Assembly: GCA_965230895.1 (NCBI GenBank)
Contig: OZ246394.1
Coordinates: 1,121,887 to 1,185,886, forward strand
DNA from: an uncultured Gammaproteobacteria bacterium
GTDB taxonomy: Bacteria; Patescibacteriota; Microgenomatia; Levybacterales; UBA12049
Direction: 5' to 3'
Length of the DNA: 64,000 nt
Shown: positions 18,968-28,186 of the stretch, piece after piece
Numbering within the stretch: position 1 is the first letter of the stretch
Layout of the letters: each line of letters starts with the position of its first letter
Notes under the pieces: model-generated
What the model saw: the letters and a program-made list of their open reading frames with translations, nothing else
Databases searched by the model: none
What the model was told of the DNA's origin: nothing
Translations under genes and position numbers: made by a program

Positions 18968-19213
18968 CTATTTTTTAGGCGCTTCTGCTACCTCCTTTTT
19001 TTCAACTTTTGCTGCCGCTGTTACTTTTTCAGCGAGAATTGTCTTCATAACAGCAATCTCTTTTCGAGTGTTTGTCATACTTCGAGTATTTTTTAATTTA
19101 CTCTGCACATTGTCCATTCGAATCTGAGAAAGTGTATTATACGATTCTTTGAGCAATTTTTCCAATTCTTCAGTTGTTTTACTATGTAATTCTTTTCTAT
19201 CGTTAATTTTCAT
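18968..19213 (-). CDS. rpmC: 50S ribosomal protein L29
   Basis: 81 aa helical protein, in its canonical position between rplP and rpsQ. Confidence 0.85.
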   Translation of the reverse strand: MKINDRKELHSKTTEELEKLLKESYNTLSQIRMDNVQSKLKNTRSMTNTRKEIAVMKTILAEKVTAAAKVEKKEVAEAPKK

Positions 19214-19214
19214 G

Positions 19215-19628
19215 TTACATTTCTCCCTTTACTAAGATCTTGCTTTTCACTGAAAGCTTATGTGATGCCAAACGTAGTGCTTCTTTTGCAATTACTGCTG
19301 ATACCCCTGTCATTTCGAACATAATTCGTCCAGGTTTTACAACAGCGACATATTCTTTAATATCACCTTTTCCTCCACCCATACGAACTTCAGCTGGCTT
19401 CTTTGTAATAGGCTTATCTGGGAAAATAGTAATCCAAGTCTTACCACCACGTTGTGTGTAATTACTAATCGCACGTCGTGCTGATTCAATCTGGCGACTA
19501 CTAATCATCCCAAGCTCCATTGCCTGAAGTCCAAAATCACCATACGAAAGCTTTGTTCCTCGTGTTGCAGCACCTTTTGCATTTCCTCGCTGCATCTTTC
19601 GATACTTTTGTCTCTTCGGCATTAACAT
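19215..19628 (-). CDS. rplP: 50S ribosomal protein L16
   Basis: [15 protein letters not shown]... L16. Confidence 0.93.
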   Translation of the reverse strand: MLMPKRQKYRKMQRGNAKGAATRGTKLSYGDFGLQAMELGMISSRQIESARRAISNYTQRGGKTWITIFPDKPITKKPAEVRMGGGKGDIKEYVAVVKPGRIMFEMTGVSAVIAKEALRLASHKLSVKSKILVKGEM

Positions 19629-19629
19629 A

Positions 19630-20283
19630 TTACAGTGCGTCTCCTCCCTCAGGTCTATTAATCCAAACTTTAATACCGATATACCCCTTCTTTGTTAATG
19701 CTGGGTATTGAGCATAACTGATATCTTCACGAATTGTAGACAACGGAACTGTTCCCAAATGGATCTTTTCTCGTCGTGCAATTTCTGCTCCATTAATACG
19801 TCCAGTCAAAAGAATCTTGACTCCAAGTGCTCCTGAACCCATAACTCGCTCTGCAGTTGAATTAAGAATTCTCTTGAATGGAAGTCTTCGAACCAATTGA
19901 TCTGCAATATTGTTCGCAACTAAGTATGCATTCAAGTTTGGTTCTTTCACTGGTTCAACTCGGATATCCATTTTTGGAGCTTTTCCACCACGCTGCTTTG
20001 TAAAGAATACTGTAATTGCTTTCTTTAATTCTTCAAGTCCACTTCCACCTCGACCAATAACAATACCTGGTCGTGAAACATGGATGATGATCTTCAAACT
20101 GTTAATTGATCGCTCAATTTCAACACTTGCGATACCTGCTGATCGCAATCGTTCCATAAGCATCTTTCGAAGACCAAAATCTTCGAGCAAGACATCCTTG
20201 TATTGTCGTTCGTTGAACCATCGACTACTCCAAGTATGTACTGCACCTAATCTAATAACGTGTGGATTAACTTTTTGTCCCAT
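19630..20283 (-). CDS. rpsC: 30S ribosomal protein S3
   Basis: [13 protein letters not shown]... KH domain. Confidence 0.93.
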   Translation of the reverse strand: MGQKVNPHVIRLGAVHTWSSRWFNERQYKDVLLEDFGLRKMLMERLRSAGIASVEIERSINSLKIIIHVSRPGIVIGRGGSGLEELKKAITVFFTKQRGGKAPKMDIRVEPVKEPNLNAYLVANNIADQLVRRLPFKRILNSTAERVMGSGALGVKILLTGRINGAEIARREKIHLGTVPLSTIREDISYAQYPALTKKGYIGIKVWINRPEGGDAL

Positions 20284-20297
20284 AAATATATTTTAGC

Positions 20298-20825
20298 TTA
20301 TTTAGCTTTTTCCTCCTTTTTCTTTGGCTCGCTTTTAGCGGCTTCTGTTTTCTTCTTTCCAGTCAAGCGAGAAGCTAATGCTTTAACACCTGATTGCTTT
20401 TTTTCTTCTTTTCCGTACATTGCTGCTTCAACTGCTGCATCTGCTCTTTCAGAAGCTGTCGCAACTTGAGCTTTTGCTGCTGCATTTGCAACAACCTTTT
20501 CTTTCAAAATAATAGTCAAATGAGTTCCGCGCTTTTTGTACGGATGAATTCGACCTCGAGTTGAAGGACGGAATCTCTTCAACACTTGTCCTTGATTCGC
20601 CATGATTGTACTGATGTACAAGTTCTTTGCCTCAAGGTTTGCATTGGTTACAGCGTTTGCAACTGCACTCTTTAATGTCTTTGCAATTGGCCCTGCTGCC
20701 TTTTGTTCTGTTACCTGAAGCATGCGGTACGCATCTTCAACAGGTAAATTTCTTACCGCGTCAGCTACTAATCGTATCTTACGTGGACTTATTCTTACTG
20801 ATTTTGCTATTGCTCGTACTTCCAT
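20298..20825 (-). CDS. rplV: 50S ribosomal protein L22 with Lys/Ala/Glu-rich C-terminal extension
   Basis: L22 core MEVRAIAKSVRISPRKIRLVADAVR..., followed by a low-complexity tail of about 60 aa. Confidence 0.9.
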   Translation of the reverse strand: MEVRAIAKSVRISPRKIRLVADAVRNLPVEDAYRMLQVTEQKAAGPIAKTLKSAVANAVTNANLEAKNLYISTIMANQGQVLKRFRPSTRGRIHPYKKRGTHLTIILKEKVVANAAAKAQVATASERADAAVEAAMYGKEEKKQSGVKALASRLTGKKKTEAAKSEPKKKEEKAK

Positions 20826-20837
20826 AATTTCTCCTCA

Positions 20838-21122
20838 TTAAGTCTTACTGATTTCACGTGCCACGACCTTACCATGACCTCTAAAGTGTCGTGTTGGCGC
20901 AAATTCACCAAGTCTGTGACCTACCATGTTTTCTGAGATCAATACTGAGATAAAGTGCTTACCATTGTGAATCATCATTGTGTAACCCACAAATTCTGGC
21001 GGAATTTGACTTGCGCGTGCCCATGTTTTGATAGGTTCGTTTTTGCCAGCTTCCTTTTGTTTTACAACTTTAGCAAACAATTTTTGATCTATATATGGTC
21101 CTTTTTTTGTACTTCTACCCAT
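20838..21122 (-). CDS. rpsS: 30S ribosomal protein S19
   Basis: [12 protein letters not shown]...HNGKHFISV... S19. Confidence 0.93.
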   Translation of the reverse strand: MGRSTKKGPYIDQKLFAKVVKQKEAGKNEPIKTWARASQIPPEFVGYTMMIHNGKHFISVLISENMVGHRLGEFAPTRHFRGHGKVVAREISKT

Positions 21123-21137
21123 AGTTATATTAAGAAA

Positions 21138-21887
21138 CTATTTCTTTCTTCCTCCCTTTCTTCTTGAGACAATGAATTTGTCTGAATATTTCTTTGGTTT
21201 TCGAGTCTTACCGACTGCGATTCTTCCTGCGTAAGTCTTTGGCGCAGGCATACCAACACCAGACTTCGCTTCTCCACCACCATGTGGGTGAGATCGTGGA
21301 TTCATAGCAACTCCACGAACTGATGGTCGTCGACCCATGTGGCGAGATCTTCCCGCCTTACCAATAACTTCGTTTTTCCAATCAACATTTCCAAGTTGTC
21401 CAACGGTTGCAAATCCAGCTGTCAAAATTTTTCGAACTTCACCTGATGGAAGTTTCAAGAAAACATAATCGCCTTCTTTTGCATTAACAATAGCGCCTGT
21501 ACCAGCACTTCGAGCCATCTGGCCACCTTTGCCAGGTGTTAATTCAATATTGTGAACGATTGTACCTGCAGGCATTTCACCCAAAGGTAAAGCGTTTCCA
21601 AGTGTTGCCTCAACTCCTGCGCCAGATGCGATTGTATCATTTTCTTTTAATCCTTGTGGAGCCAAAATATATCTTTTTTCTCCATCTGCGTATTGTATCA
21701 AAGCAATATCGCAAGTTCTATTTGGATCATATTCAATTGCTACAACTCGACCAACGACATTGAGCTTATTTCGCTTGAAATCAATTGCTCTAAAATACCG
21801 TTTATGCTGTCCACCTTGATGACGTACAACTACTTGTCCACTTGCATCTCTTCCTGAATGCTTTTTCTTAATTGCCTTTAATTTCAT
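21138..21887 (-). CDS. rplB: 50S ribosomal protein L2
   Basis: L2 RNA-binding and C-terminal domains (GRNxxG-like, SGGGG..KSG..). The start is placed at the ATG at 21887, which abuts the rplW stop; the track ORF extends to 21923. Confidence 0.9.
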   Translation of the reverse strand: MKLKAIKKKHSGRDASGQVVVRHQGGQHKRYFRAIDFKRNKLNVVGRVVAIEYDPNRTCDIALIQYADGEKRYILAPQGLKENDTIASGAGVEATLGNALPLGEMPAGTIVHNIELTPGKGGQMARSAGTGAIVNAKEGDYVFLKLPSGEVRKILTAGFATVGQLGNVDWKNEVIGKAGRSRHMGRRPSVRGVAMNPRSHPHGGGEAKSGVGMPAPKTYAGRIAVGKTRKPKKYSDKFIVSRRKGGRKK

Positions 21888-21888
21888 A

Positions 21889-22191
21889 TTATTTCTTTGC
21901 CTCCTCAGCACCACCTGGTTCAAAAAGACTTATTTTATCACCTTTTTTCAAAGAGACAGTTGCCTTTTTGTAAGCAGCCTGTGGAACTTCAACTCTTCGC
22001 ATTCCAACTCTTTGACTTCGGCCTTTAATGATTCTTGTTGCAACACTCACAACAGTTACATTAAACATATCTTTAATCGCTTGCTTAATAACAGGTTTTG
22101 TCGCAAATCGGTCAACAATAAAAGTATATTTACCTTTATTTACATCTTCCATTGATTTTTCTGTTATTAATGGTTTTACAATTACGTTCAT
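21889..22191 (-). CDS. rplW: 50S ribosomal protein L23
   Basis: 100 aa, in its canonical position between rplD and rplB. Confidence 0.9.
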   Translation of the reverse strand: MNVIVKPLITEKSMEDVNKGKYTFIVDRFATKPVIKQAIKDMFNVTVVSVATRIIKGRSQRVGMRRVEVPQAAYKKATVSLKKGDKISLFEPGGAEEAKK

Positions 22192-22994
22192 TATTTGTCC
22201 TTTCCTAAGAAAAACTTTTCCATTTCAGCAATTGCATCTTTAGCAACAACTAAATTCTTTGTTTGTAATACTTCGTATGTATTCATTCTACTTACAGCTG
22301 TAAAGTTAACACCTGTAATATTTCGTCCTGCCCTTCGAGCACTATCCATTCCTGTTGCTGTAACAAATAAAAGATTTTGCTTTTTGTCTGCTACACCCAA
22401 CTTTTTAAGCATTTCTGAGAAACCTTTTGTCTTTGGTTCAAGCTTTTCCAAACCTGACAGAACCATTACTTGCTTATCTTGTACCTTTGCTGACAAGGCA
22501 CTAAATAATGCTTTTCTCTTCATCTTTTTAGGCAATGAAAGACTAAAATCTCGTGGTTTTGGACCATGAGCAATTCCTCCTTTTACAAAAATAGGTGCTC
22601 GAACTCCACCGTGTCGAGCTCGGCCTGTACCTTTTTGTCGATAAATTTTTCGAGTTGAGCCATCTACTTCACCTCGTGACTTTGTAGAAGCATTACCTTG
22701 TCTTTGATTTGCTAAATAAACACGTACTGCTTGAGCAAGCAATGTTTTGTTTACTCTTTCACCAAAGATTGCACCTGGAAGAGCAACTGTACCAGCTTCT
22801 TTTCCAGTTGTATCTACAACCTTCACTGAAACTGAAGCGTTATTACTCTCTTTTACAGGTTTTACCTTGATAGGTGCTTCTGCTTTTACTTCTTCTTTTT
22901 TAACAGCTTTTACTGGAGCAACCTTCTTTGTGACTGGCTTTGCTTTAGGTGCTGCTGTTGTTTTCTTTACTTCTTTTGTTTCGACTTTTGCCAT
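22191..22994 (-). CDS. rplD: 50S ribosomal protein L4 with Lys/Ala/Val-rich N-terminal extension
   Basis: The L4 core begins at about VKVVDTTGKEAGTVALP. An N-terminal low-complexity tail of about 55 aa precedes it. Confidence 0.9.
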   Translation of the reverse strand: MAKVETKEVKKTTAAPKAKPVTKKVAPVKAVKKEEVKAEAPIKVKPVKESNNASVSVKVVDTTGKEAGTVALPGAIFGERVNKTLLAQAVRVYLANQRQGNASTKSRGEVDGSTRKIYRQKGTGRARHGGVRAPIFVKGGIAHGPKPRDFSLSLPKKMKRKALFSALSAKVQDKQVMVLSGLEKLEPKTKGFSEMLKKLGVADKKQNLLFVTATGMDSARRAGRNITGVNFTAVSRMNTYEVLQTKNLVVAKDAIAEMEKFFLGKDK

Positions 22995-23014
22995 AACTCG
23001 TTATAAACGTATTA

Positions 23015-23899
23015 TTACGCTTTTTTCTCCTCCTTTGCTTCTTCTTTCGTTTCTGAAACGTCTTCGCCAACTTCTTTTGCTGCAACTTCTTCACTTGCTG
23101 CTTCTTTTACTTCTTCAGTTTTTTCAGCTTGCGCTTCTGCTGCTTCTTGCTGTTCTACAATCTCTGCTGCTGCCTCTACTACTGTTGTTGGCTCTTCTAC
23201 TGGTGTTCCTTCCACAGCTGGAGTCTCTACCTCTTCAGCGGATTTGAGCAATGGAACAAATTTCTTTTGCTCACCTGTTTTTGTAATAACAATAATGCTC
23301 TTCTTATACCCTGGAACCAAACCAAGAACATACAGCTTTTTATTCACTGCATCAACATCAACAACTGTTAGATTTTGTACAGTTACAGTATCAACGCCCA
23401 TATGACCAGCCATTCTTTTACCTTTATAAACACGACCTGGAGTTGTACCTTGTCCAATAGATCCTGGCGCTCTGTGTCGATCTGATTGACCATGAGTTTT
23501 CGGACCGCCTCCAAAATTATGTCGTTTTACAGTTCCAGCAAATCCTTTACCTTTTGATGTACCAGTTACCTTGATAACGTCTCCTGGTTTGAAGACAGCA
23601 TCTACTGCAATAAGATCACCAACTAATGGCAGTTCACCTTCGCCGTCCCATGCTACTTCTTTGATACTTGAAGGAGCTTTTTCAAGCTTTGCTTTCTTCA
23701 CATGTCCAACAATTGCTTTCGTAGCATTCTTCTTTACACCATATCCTAATTGGATTGCTGCGTATTTATCTGTATCTTCTGTTTTTACTTGCACAACAAC
23801 ATTGTCCTGCAAAGAGACTTCAGTCACAGGAATTCTATGACCGTTCTCTAAGAACTTTTGTGTTTGTTCAATTTTTTGTCCTATTAATGCTTGTATCAT
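23015..23899 (-). CDS. rplC: 50S ribosomal protein L3 with acidic Glu/Ala-rich C-terminal extension (about 85 aa)
   Basis: L3 core (FAGTVKRHNFGGGPKTHGQSDRHRAPGSIG), followed by EEPTTVVEAAAEIVEQQEAAEAQAEKTEEVKEAASEE... Confidence 0.9.
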   Translation of the reverse strand: MIQALIGQKIEQTQKFLENGHRIPVTEVSLQDNVVVQVKTEDTDKYAAIQLGYGVKKNATKAIVGHVKKAKLEKAPSSIKEVAWDGEGELPLVGDLIAVDAVFKPGDVIKVTGTSKGKGFAGTVKRHNFGGGPKTHGQSDRHRAPGSIGQGTTPGRVYKGKRMAGHMGVDTVTVQNLTVVDVDAVNKKLYVLGLVPGYKKSIIVITKTGEQKKFVPLLKSAEEVETPAVEGTPVEEPTTVVEAAAEIVEQQEAAEAQAEKTEEVKEAASEEVAAKEVGEDVSETKEEAKEEKKA

Positions 23900-23929
23900 A
23901 ATATTTAAACCTAAACTAACTTAACGCAC

Positions 23930-23951
23930 AAAAAAAGTAGCCTTAGGCTAC
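23930..23951 (-). terminator. Candidate intrinsic terminator/attenuator between rpsJ and rplC
   Basis: On the minus strand, the hairpin GUAGCC-uaa-GGCUAC is followed by a run of 7 U, located 30-50 nt upstream of the rplC start. Confidence 0.5.
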
Positions 23952-24094
23952 CTTTATCATTCATAACGTCAAAACGTTTTATGATGTGATCCCCTCTAAA
24001 CGGGGTGGCCTAGCAAGGCATTTTTAATCAATCATACTCTTCGCATGTTTAATTAGTTTGGGCATCAATGTAATTTATACGCAAAAAAAGAAGA

Positions 24095-24403
24095 CTACAT
24101 CTTCAATTCTACGTCTACTCCGGCTGGTAATGCTAAATTCGTTAAACTATCTATTGTTTTGCCTGTTGGTGAAACTATGTCGATTAATCGCTTGTGAATT
24201 CGAATTTCGAAATGATCACGTGCATCTTTATCAATAAACGGTGATTTGTTTACTGCATAAACGCTACGATCAGTCGGAAGTGGAACAGGACCAATAACCT
24301 TAGCTCCTGTTCTAATAACAGAATCTAAGATCTGCTGACAACACGCATCTAAGACGCGAGCATCATAACTTTTTAATCGGACTCTAATTCTTCCTTTTTG
24401 CAT
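24095..24403 (-). CDS. rpsJ: 30S ribosomal protein S10
   Basis: MQKGRIRVRLKSYDARVLD... S10. Confidence 0.93.
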   Translation of the reverse strand: MQKGRIRVRLKSYDARVLDACCQQILDSVIRTGAKVIGPVPLPTDRSVYAVNKSPFIDKDARDHFEIRIHKRLIDIVSPTGKTIDSLTNLALPAGVDVELKM

Positions 24404-24440
24404 AGTTTTACTTTCAGACTGTCAAAGATCTACTCCAAAT

Positions 24441-24463
24441 AAAAAAATCCCGCTTTCGCAGGA
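24441..24463 (-). terminator. Candidate intrinsic terminator immediately after tuf stop
   Basis: On the minus strand, AUCCUGC-gaaa-GCGGGAU (one G-U pair) is followed by UUUUUUU, starting right after the tuf TAA. Confidence 0.5.
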
Positions 24464-25642
24464 TTATTTTATTATTTTGGTGATCACACCAGCTCCAACG
24501 GTTCTTCCGCCTTCGCGAATCGCGTATCGGAGACCTTCTTCAAGAGCTACTGGAACAATAAGTTTAACTTTCATGTTTGTTGTGTCACCAGGCATAACCA
24601 TTTCTACACCATCTGGGAGAGTAACATTACCTGTAACGTCTGTTGTTCGGATATAGAATTGTGGTCGATATCCCTTAAAGAATGGTGTATGACGTCCACC
24701 TTCTTCTTTAGTCAAAACATAAGCTTCAGCTTCGAATTCAGTGTGAGGAGTGATACTCTTTGGTTTAGCAATAACTTGACCTCTTTCAACATCTTTCTTT
24801 TCAAGACCTCGGAGAAGAAGACCTACGTTATCTCCTGCTTGACCTTGATCAAGAATCTTCTTAAACATTTCTACACCTGTTACAACTGAATCTTTATTCT
24901 TATCAAGTCCTACGATTTCAACTGGTTCATTAACTTTAACAACTCCTCTTTCAATTCTTCCAGTTACAACCGTTCCTCGACCTTTAATTGAGAAAACATC
25001 TTCAACTGGCATCAAGAATGGCTTATCAAGATCACGAACTGGATCTGGAACGAAGTCATCAACTGCTTGCATGAGATCAAGGATCTTTTGTTCGTATTCA
25101 GCATTTCCTTCAAGTGCTTTCAAAGAAGAACCTCGGATGATTGGAGTGTCATCGCCAGGATATTGATACTTAGAGAGCAACTCTCGGATTTCCATTTCTA
25201 CAAGATCAAGAAGTTCTGGATCATCTACCATATCACACTTGTTAAGGTAAACAACAATTGCTGGAACACCAACTTGTCGTGCAAGAAGGATGTGTTCACG
25301 CGTTTGAGGCATTGGGCCATCTGGAGCAGAAACTACTAAGATTGCTCCGTCCATTTGAGCTGCACCAGTGATCATGTTTTTGATGTAATCAGCATGTCCT
25401 GGAGCATCAATGTGTGCATAGTGACGCTTATCTGTTTCGTATTCTTGGTGAGAGATATTGATTGTAACTCCTCTTTGTCGTTCTTCAGGAGCGTTATCAA
25501 TGTCAGCGTAAGATCGAGCTTGTGCAAAACCTTTTTTTGCAAGAACAGTGGTGATAGCCGCTGTTGTTGTCGTCTTACCATGGTCTACGTGACCAATAGT
25601 TCCGATATTTACGTGTGGTTTGTTTCGTTGAAATGTTGCCAT
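24464..25642 (-). CDS. tuf: Elongation factor Tu
   Basis: [21 protein letters not shown] motifs; 392 aa. Confidence 0.97.
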   Translation of the reverse strand: MATFQRNKPHVNIGTIGHVDHGKTTTTAAITTVLAKKGFAQARSYADIDNAPEERQRGVTINISHQEYETDKRHYAHIDAPGHADYIKNMITGAAQMDGAILVVSAPDGPMPQTREHILLARQVGVPAIVVYLNKCDMVDDPELLDLVEMEIRELLSKYQYPGDDTPIIRGSSLKALEGNAEYEQKILDLMQAVDDFVPDPVRDLDKPFLMPVEDVFSIKGRGTVVTGRIERGVVKVNEPVEIVGLDKNKDSVVTGVEMFKKILDQGQAGDNVGLLLRGLEKKDVERGQVIAKPKSITPHTEFEAEAYVLTKEEGGRHTPFFKGYRPQFYIRTTDVTGNVTLPDGVEMVMPGDTTNMKVKLIVPVALEEGLRYAIREGGRTVGAGVITKIIK

Positions 25643-25852
25643 AGTGTTTTAAAAATAAAATCTCTCAATTCATTTATTGAGAGTAAATGTATGATACTAC
25701 AAAAAACGTGCCCCGTCAATAGGTTATTGTAAGAAAAACAGACTAAAACTCATGTATTTTGTTACTTTCCGTTGTTTTAGTATATTTATATTAAGGTATA
25801 TATAAGATATATATGCTTGACATTAGATTTTTTAAAGTGCAACAATAAAGAT

Positions 25853-28144
25853 ATGAATCCTGACCAAGGCACTACGTCACAAACACAACCTCTACCAGCA
25901 CATGATACTCTAAGTGCACAGTCAAGAAAACCATTGCCAAAGAAGTTTTTTATTATTGGGGGCCTTTTATTATTGCTCATCATTGCAATTGCATTGACAT
26001 TATTATTTGGGAAAAGTGAGAAAACTACCTCGAAAGATAATACTTCAGCGGTAGCTCCAACTTCAGGATTTGAAGAGATTAAAGAAACTGCGGAAAATTC
26101 ACCAACTGCAAAAGCTAGCTCGCATGTTGTAGTTTATGGATCATGGACAGGACAATCATCTTTAATAAAAGCAATTGATACAAATACCTCCAAAACTCAG
26201 TTAATCGCTACCCTTCCTATGGCAATTAAAAAAGTCGCTGTTCTTAACAACCAATCTCTCCTTTATATTGGGGACGTTGATAAAAAGGATCATGGGAAAA
26301 ACGTCACTATATACGATATAAAAGAGAAGAAGGTAGTTTCTACTATCTCAGCTTCTGAAGGGTACGGAATTGATGAATATACATTATCTCCAGATAAGAA
26401 GTATCTTGCGCTATGGGAGGTTCAATTTGCACAAGGATCAGAAATATTACAAGGTGGAAAGTCCAGAGTTTATACAGTTGCATTATCGAACCCAACAGTT
26501 AAGAATCTTATATATGATGAGCAAGCATTACAACCAATTCACTATCCACGAGCAATTCTTAATGATGGAACAGTATTTATGGATATGTTTATGCCAAATG
26601 ATCCACTTGGTGGAGCAGGATGGGCATACGGCATGAGTATGGCTTCGTTTGATGGGACAAATAAACGCGATATTGATTCATTAAAGTCAGGAACATATGG
26701 AAATCAGCCAGCATTATCACAGGAAGGTCGATATCTGCTCTTAACAGGATATGATGGAAAGTATGGAGATGGCACAGGCGTTAAGAATGGGATTCGCCAA
26801 GCAATCCTTACATCAAATACTGTTGATCTTGTTGATACAAAAACACTTCAGAGGTATAAATTACCAAATCTTTCAAACAATGATAGCTATGCATCTGCGC
26901 ATTGGGACTTTGTGACAGGCAAGATTATACTTTCAGTAGTAGGCGCAACAGCGGATAAAACAGGTCTTTATGCCTATGATATTGCATCAAAATCTCTTCA
27001 AAAGATTTCTGTTCCCTCGATAAATAACACTGAGTATATGCAAATCTCTAATCTACCAAATAACCAATTATTGATAGGCACATTTGAAGAAAATTCATCA
27101 AATCTTGGTAATTTAGGAGCAAATTATGAATATGCTTATACAAAACTAATGACATTGGATACTAAGACCTCTAAAAGCAAACCAATCTCTCTTGAAGATA
27201 CGTATGCACAATATATAACAGTACTTCCAGCTGATTATTTCAATAATGTCCTCGGGATCAAAACAATAGCCCAAGCAAATCCTCAGCCTACATTTGTAGA
27301 CCAGTATTCTGATCAAAATGCTACAAAAGAACGGTTGCAACTTTATACATTCTTCTTGAAATATGATTTGCAGCCTGTTCGCCTAAAGCAACAAAGCACG
27401 CCTGTTTCAACAACTCCAGTTAATTTATCAAAGATTACGCTGACGCCAAACACAACCTATCCACCACATAACGACGATAATATGCCAAAATGTAATGACG
27501 TTACAGCAAAAGTTTGTGCAGAAAAAGGTCAAGGTCCAGGAACAAAGGACTACACAATGTGTAAAGGTATGTACAAAGCACAAAATATGGAAAGAACGTG
27601 TGATGACTCTCCCCTTTACCTTTATGGTACACCTGGACAAAAAGTCCAAGTAACGATAAACACACCTGTTTATAACGCAATCCCATCCTATGATAGGGGA
27701 TACGAAATTACATTGATGCAACATGGGAAAATGCTTATCAATAATAACTCGTATGACAGAATTTCTTATGACTACTCATCAAATTTGAAAATAAGAAAAG
27801 CTCCAAAAGAGGGAAGTGTAACAACAAAGGAGAATTTGCCTTCCCTACTTAAAGATTATGCAAGAAAGCTTGGGCTCAATGATAAAGAGACTAAAGATTT
27901 AATCTCTGCTGGTTTACAGAAAGTCAAAACACCATACGCATTCGTCTCTTTCTATGATCATGAGACATCACATCGTATATTGCCAATCACATTCAATCCT
28001 CAGCCAGATAATTACTTAAATGTTGTATTCTATTTCAAGCAGCTCCAACAAAAGCCGAACCTAACCCCAGTCCCTCCTACATTCCCAGATCCGGTTAAAA
28101 GAGATGGATTTACTGCAATCGAAGTAAGTGAAGTTGTTGAGTGA
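25853..28144 (+). CDS. Membrane-anchored (N-terminal TM) extracytoplasmic protein, paralog A, with an extra Cys-containing C-terminal region
   Basis: The N-terminal polar tail is followed by a TM helix (FFIIGGLLLLLIIAIALTLLF) and then a domain of about 420 aa that is colinear and clearly homologous with the downstream gene. Shared blocks include YGSWTGQ, SPDKKY..WEVQF, LLGGKSR.Y, PTVKN..YDE, WAYGMS, FDGTNKRDI, GTYG.QPALS, LGNLG and QYITVLP. An SPDxKY-type motif suggests a TolB-like beta-propeller, which is a guess. The track start at 25817 is TTG. The ATG at 25853 (MNPDQG) matches the MDPAQP start of the paralog. Confidence 0.6.
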   Translation: MNPDQGTTSQTQPLPAHDTLSAQSRKPLPKKFFIIGGLLLLLIIAIALTLLFGKSEKTTSKDNTSAVAPTSGFEEIKETAENSPTAKASSHVVVYGSWTGQSSLIKAIDTNTSKTQLIATLPMAIKKVAVLNNQSLLYIGDVDKKDHGKNVTIYDIKEKKVVSTISASEGYGIDEYTLSPDKKYLALWEVQFAQGSEILQGGKSRVYTVALSNPTVKNLIYDEQALQPIHYPRAILNDGTVFMDMFMPNDPLGGAGWAYGMSMASFDGTNKRDIDSLKSGTYGNQPALSQEGRYLLLTGYDGKYGDGTGVKNGIRQAILTSNTVDLVDTKTLQRYKLPNLSNNDSYASAHWDFVTGKIILSVVGATADKTGLYAYDIASKSLQKISVPSINNTEYMQISNLPNNQLLIGTFEENSSNLGNLGANYEYAYTKLMTLDTKTSKSKPISLEDTYAQYITVLPADYFNNVLGIKTIAQANPQPTFVDQYSDQNATKERLQLYTFFLKYDLQPVRLKQQSTPVSTTPVNLSKITLTPNTTYPPHNDDNMPKCNDVTAKVCAEKGQGPGTKDYTMCKGMYKAQNMERTCDDSPLYLYGTPGQKVQVTINTPVYNAIPSYDRGYEITLMQHGKMLINNNSYDRISYDYSSNLKIRKAPKEGSVTTKENLPSLLKDYARKLGLNDKETKDLISAGLQKVKTPYAFVSFYDHETSHRILPITFNPQPDNYLNVVFYFKQLQQKPNLTPVPPTFPDPVKRDGFTAIEVSEVVE

Positions 28145-28186
28145 TCGAGCTTGACAAACTCTCCGCAATATTGACAAAATAGCTCT

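Noticed and set aside
22747-23247. Plus-strand 166-aa ORF rich in Leu/Phe overlapping rplD/rplC; similarly 8077-8340(-) and 7932-8237(+) over rplQ.
   Set aside because: They are antisense shadows of the Lys/Ala/Glu low-complexity r-protein tails.
25817-25852. Track start of paralog A at a TTG codon (MTLDFLKCNNKD...).
   Set aside because: The in-frame ATG at 25853 gives MNPDQG..., which parallels the MDPAQP... start of paralog B. The TTG extension is therefore probably not translated.
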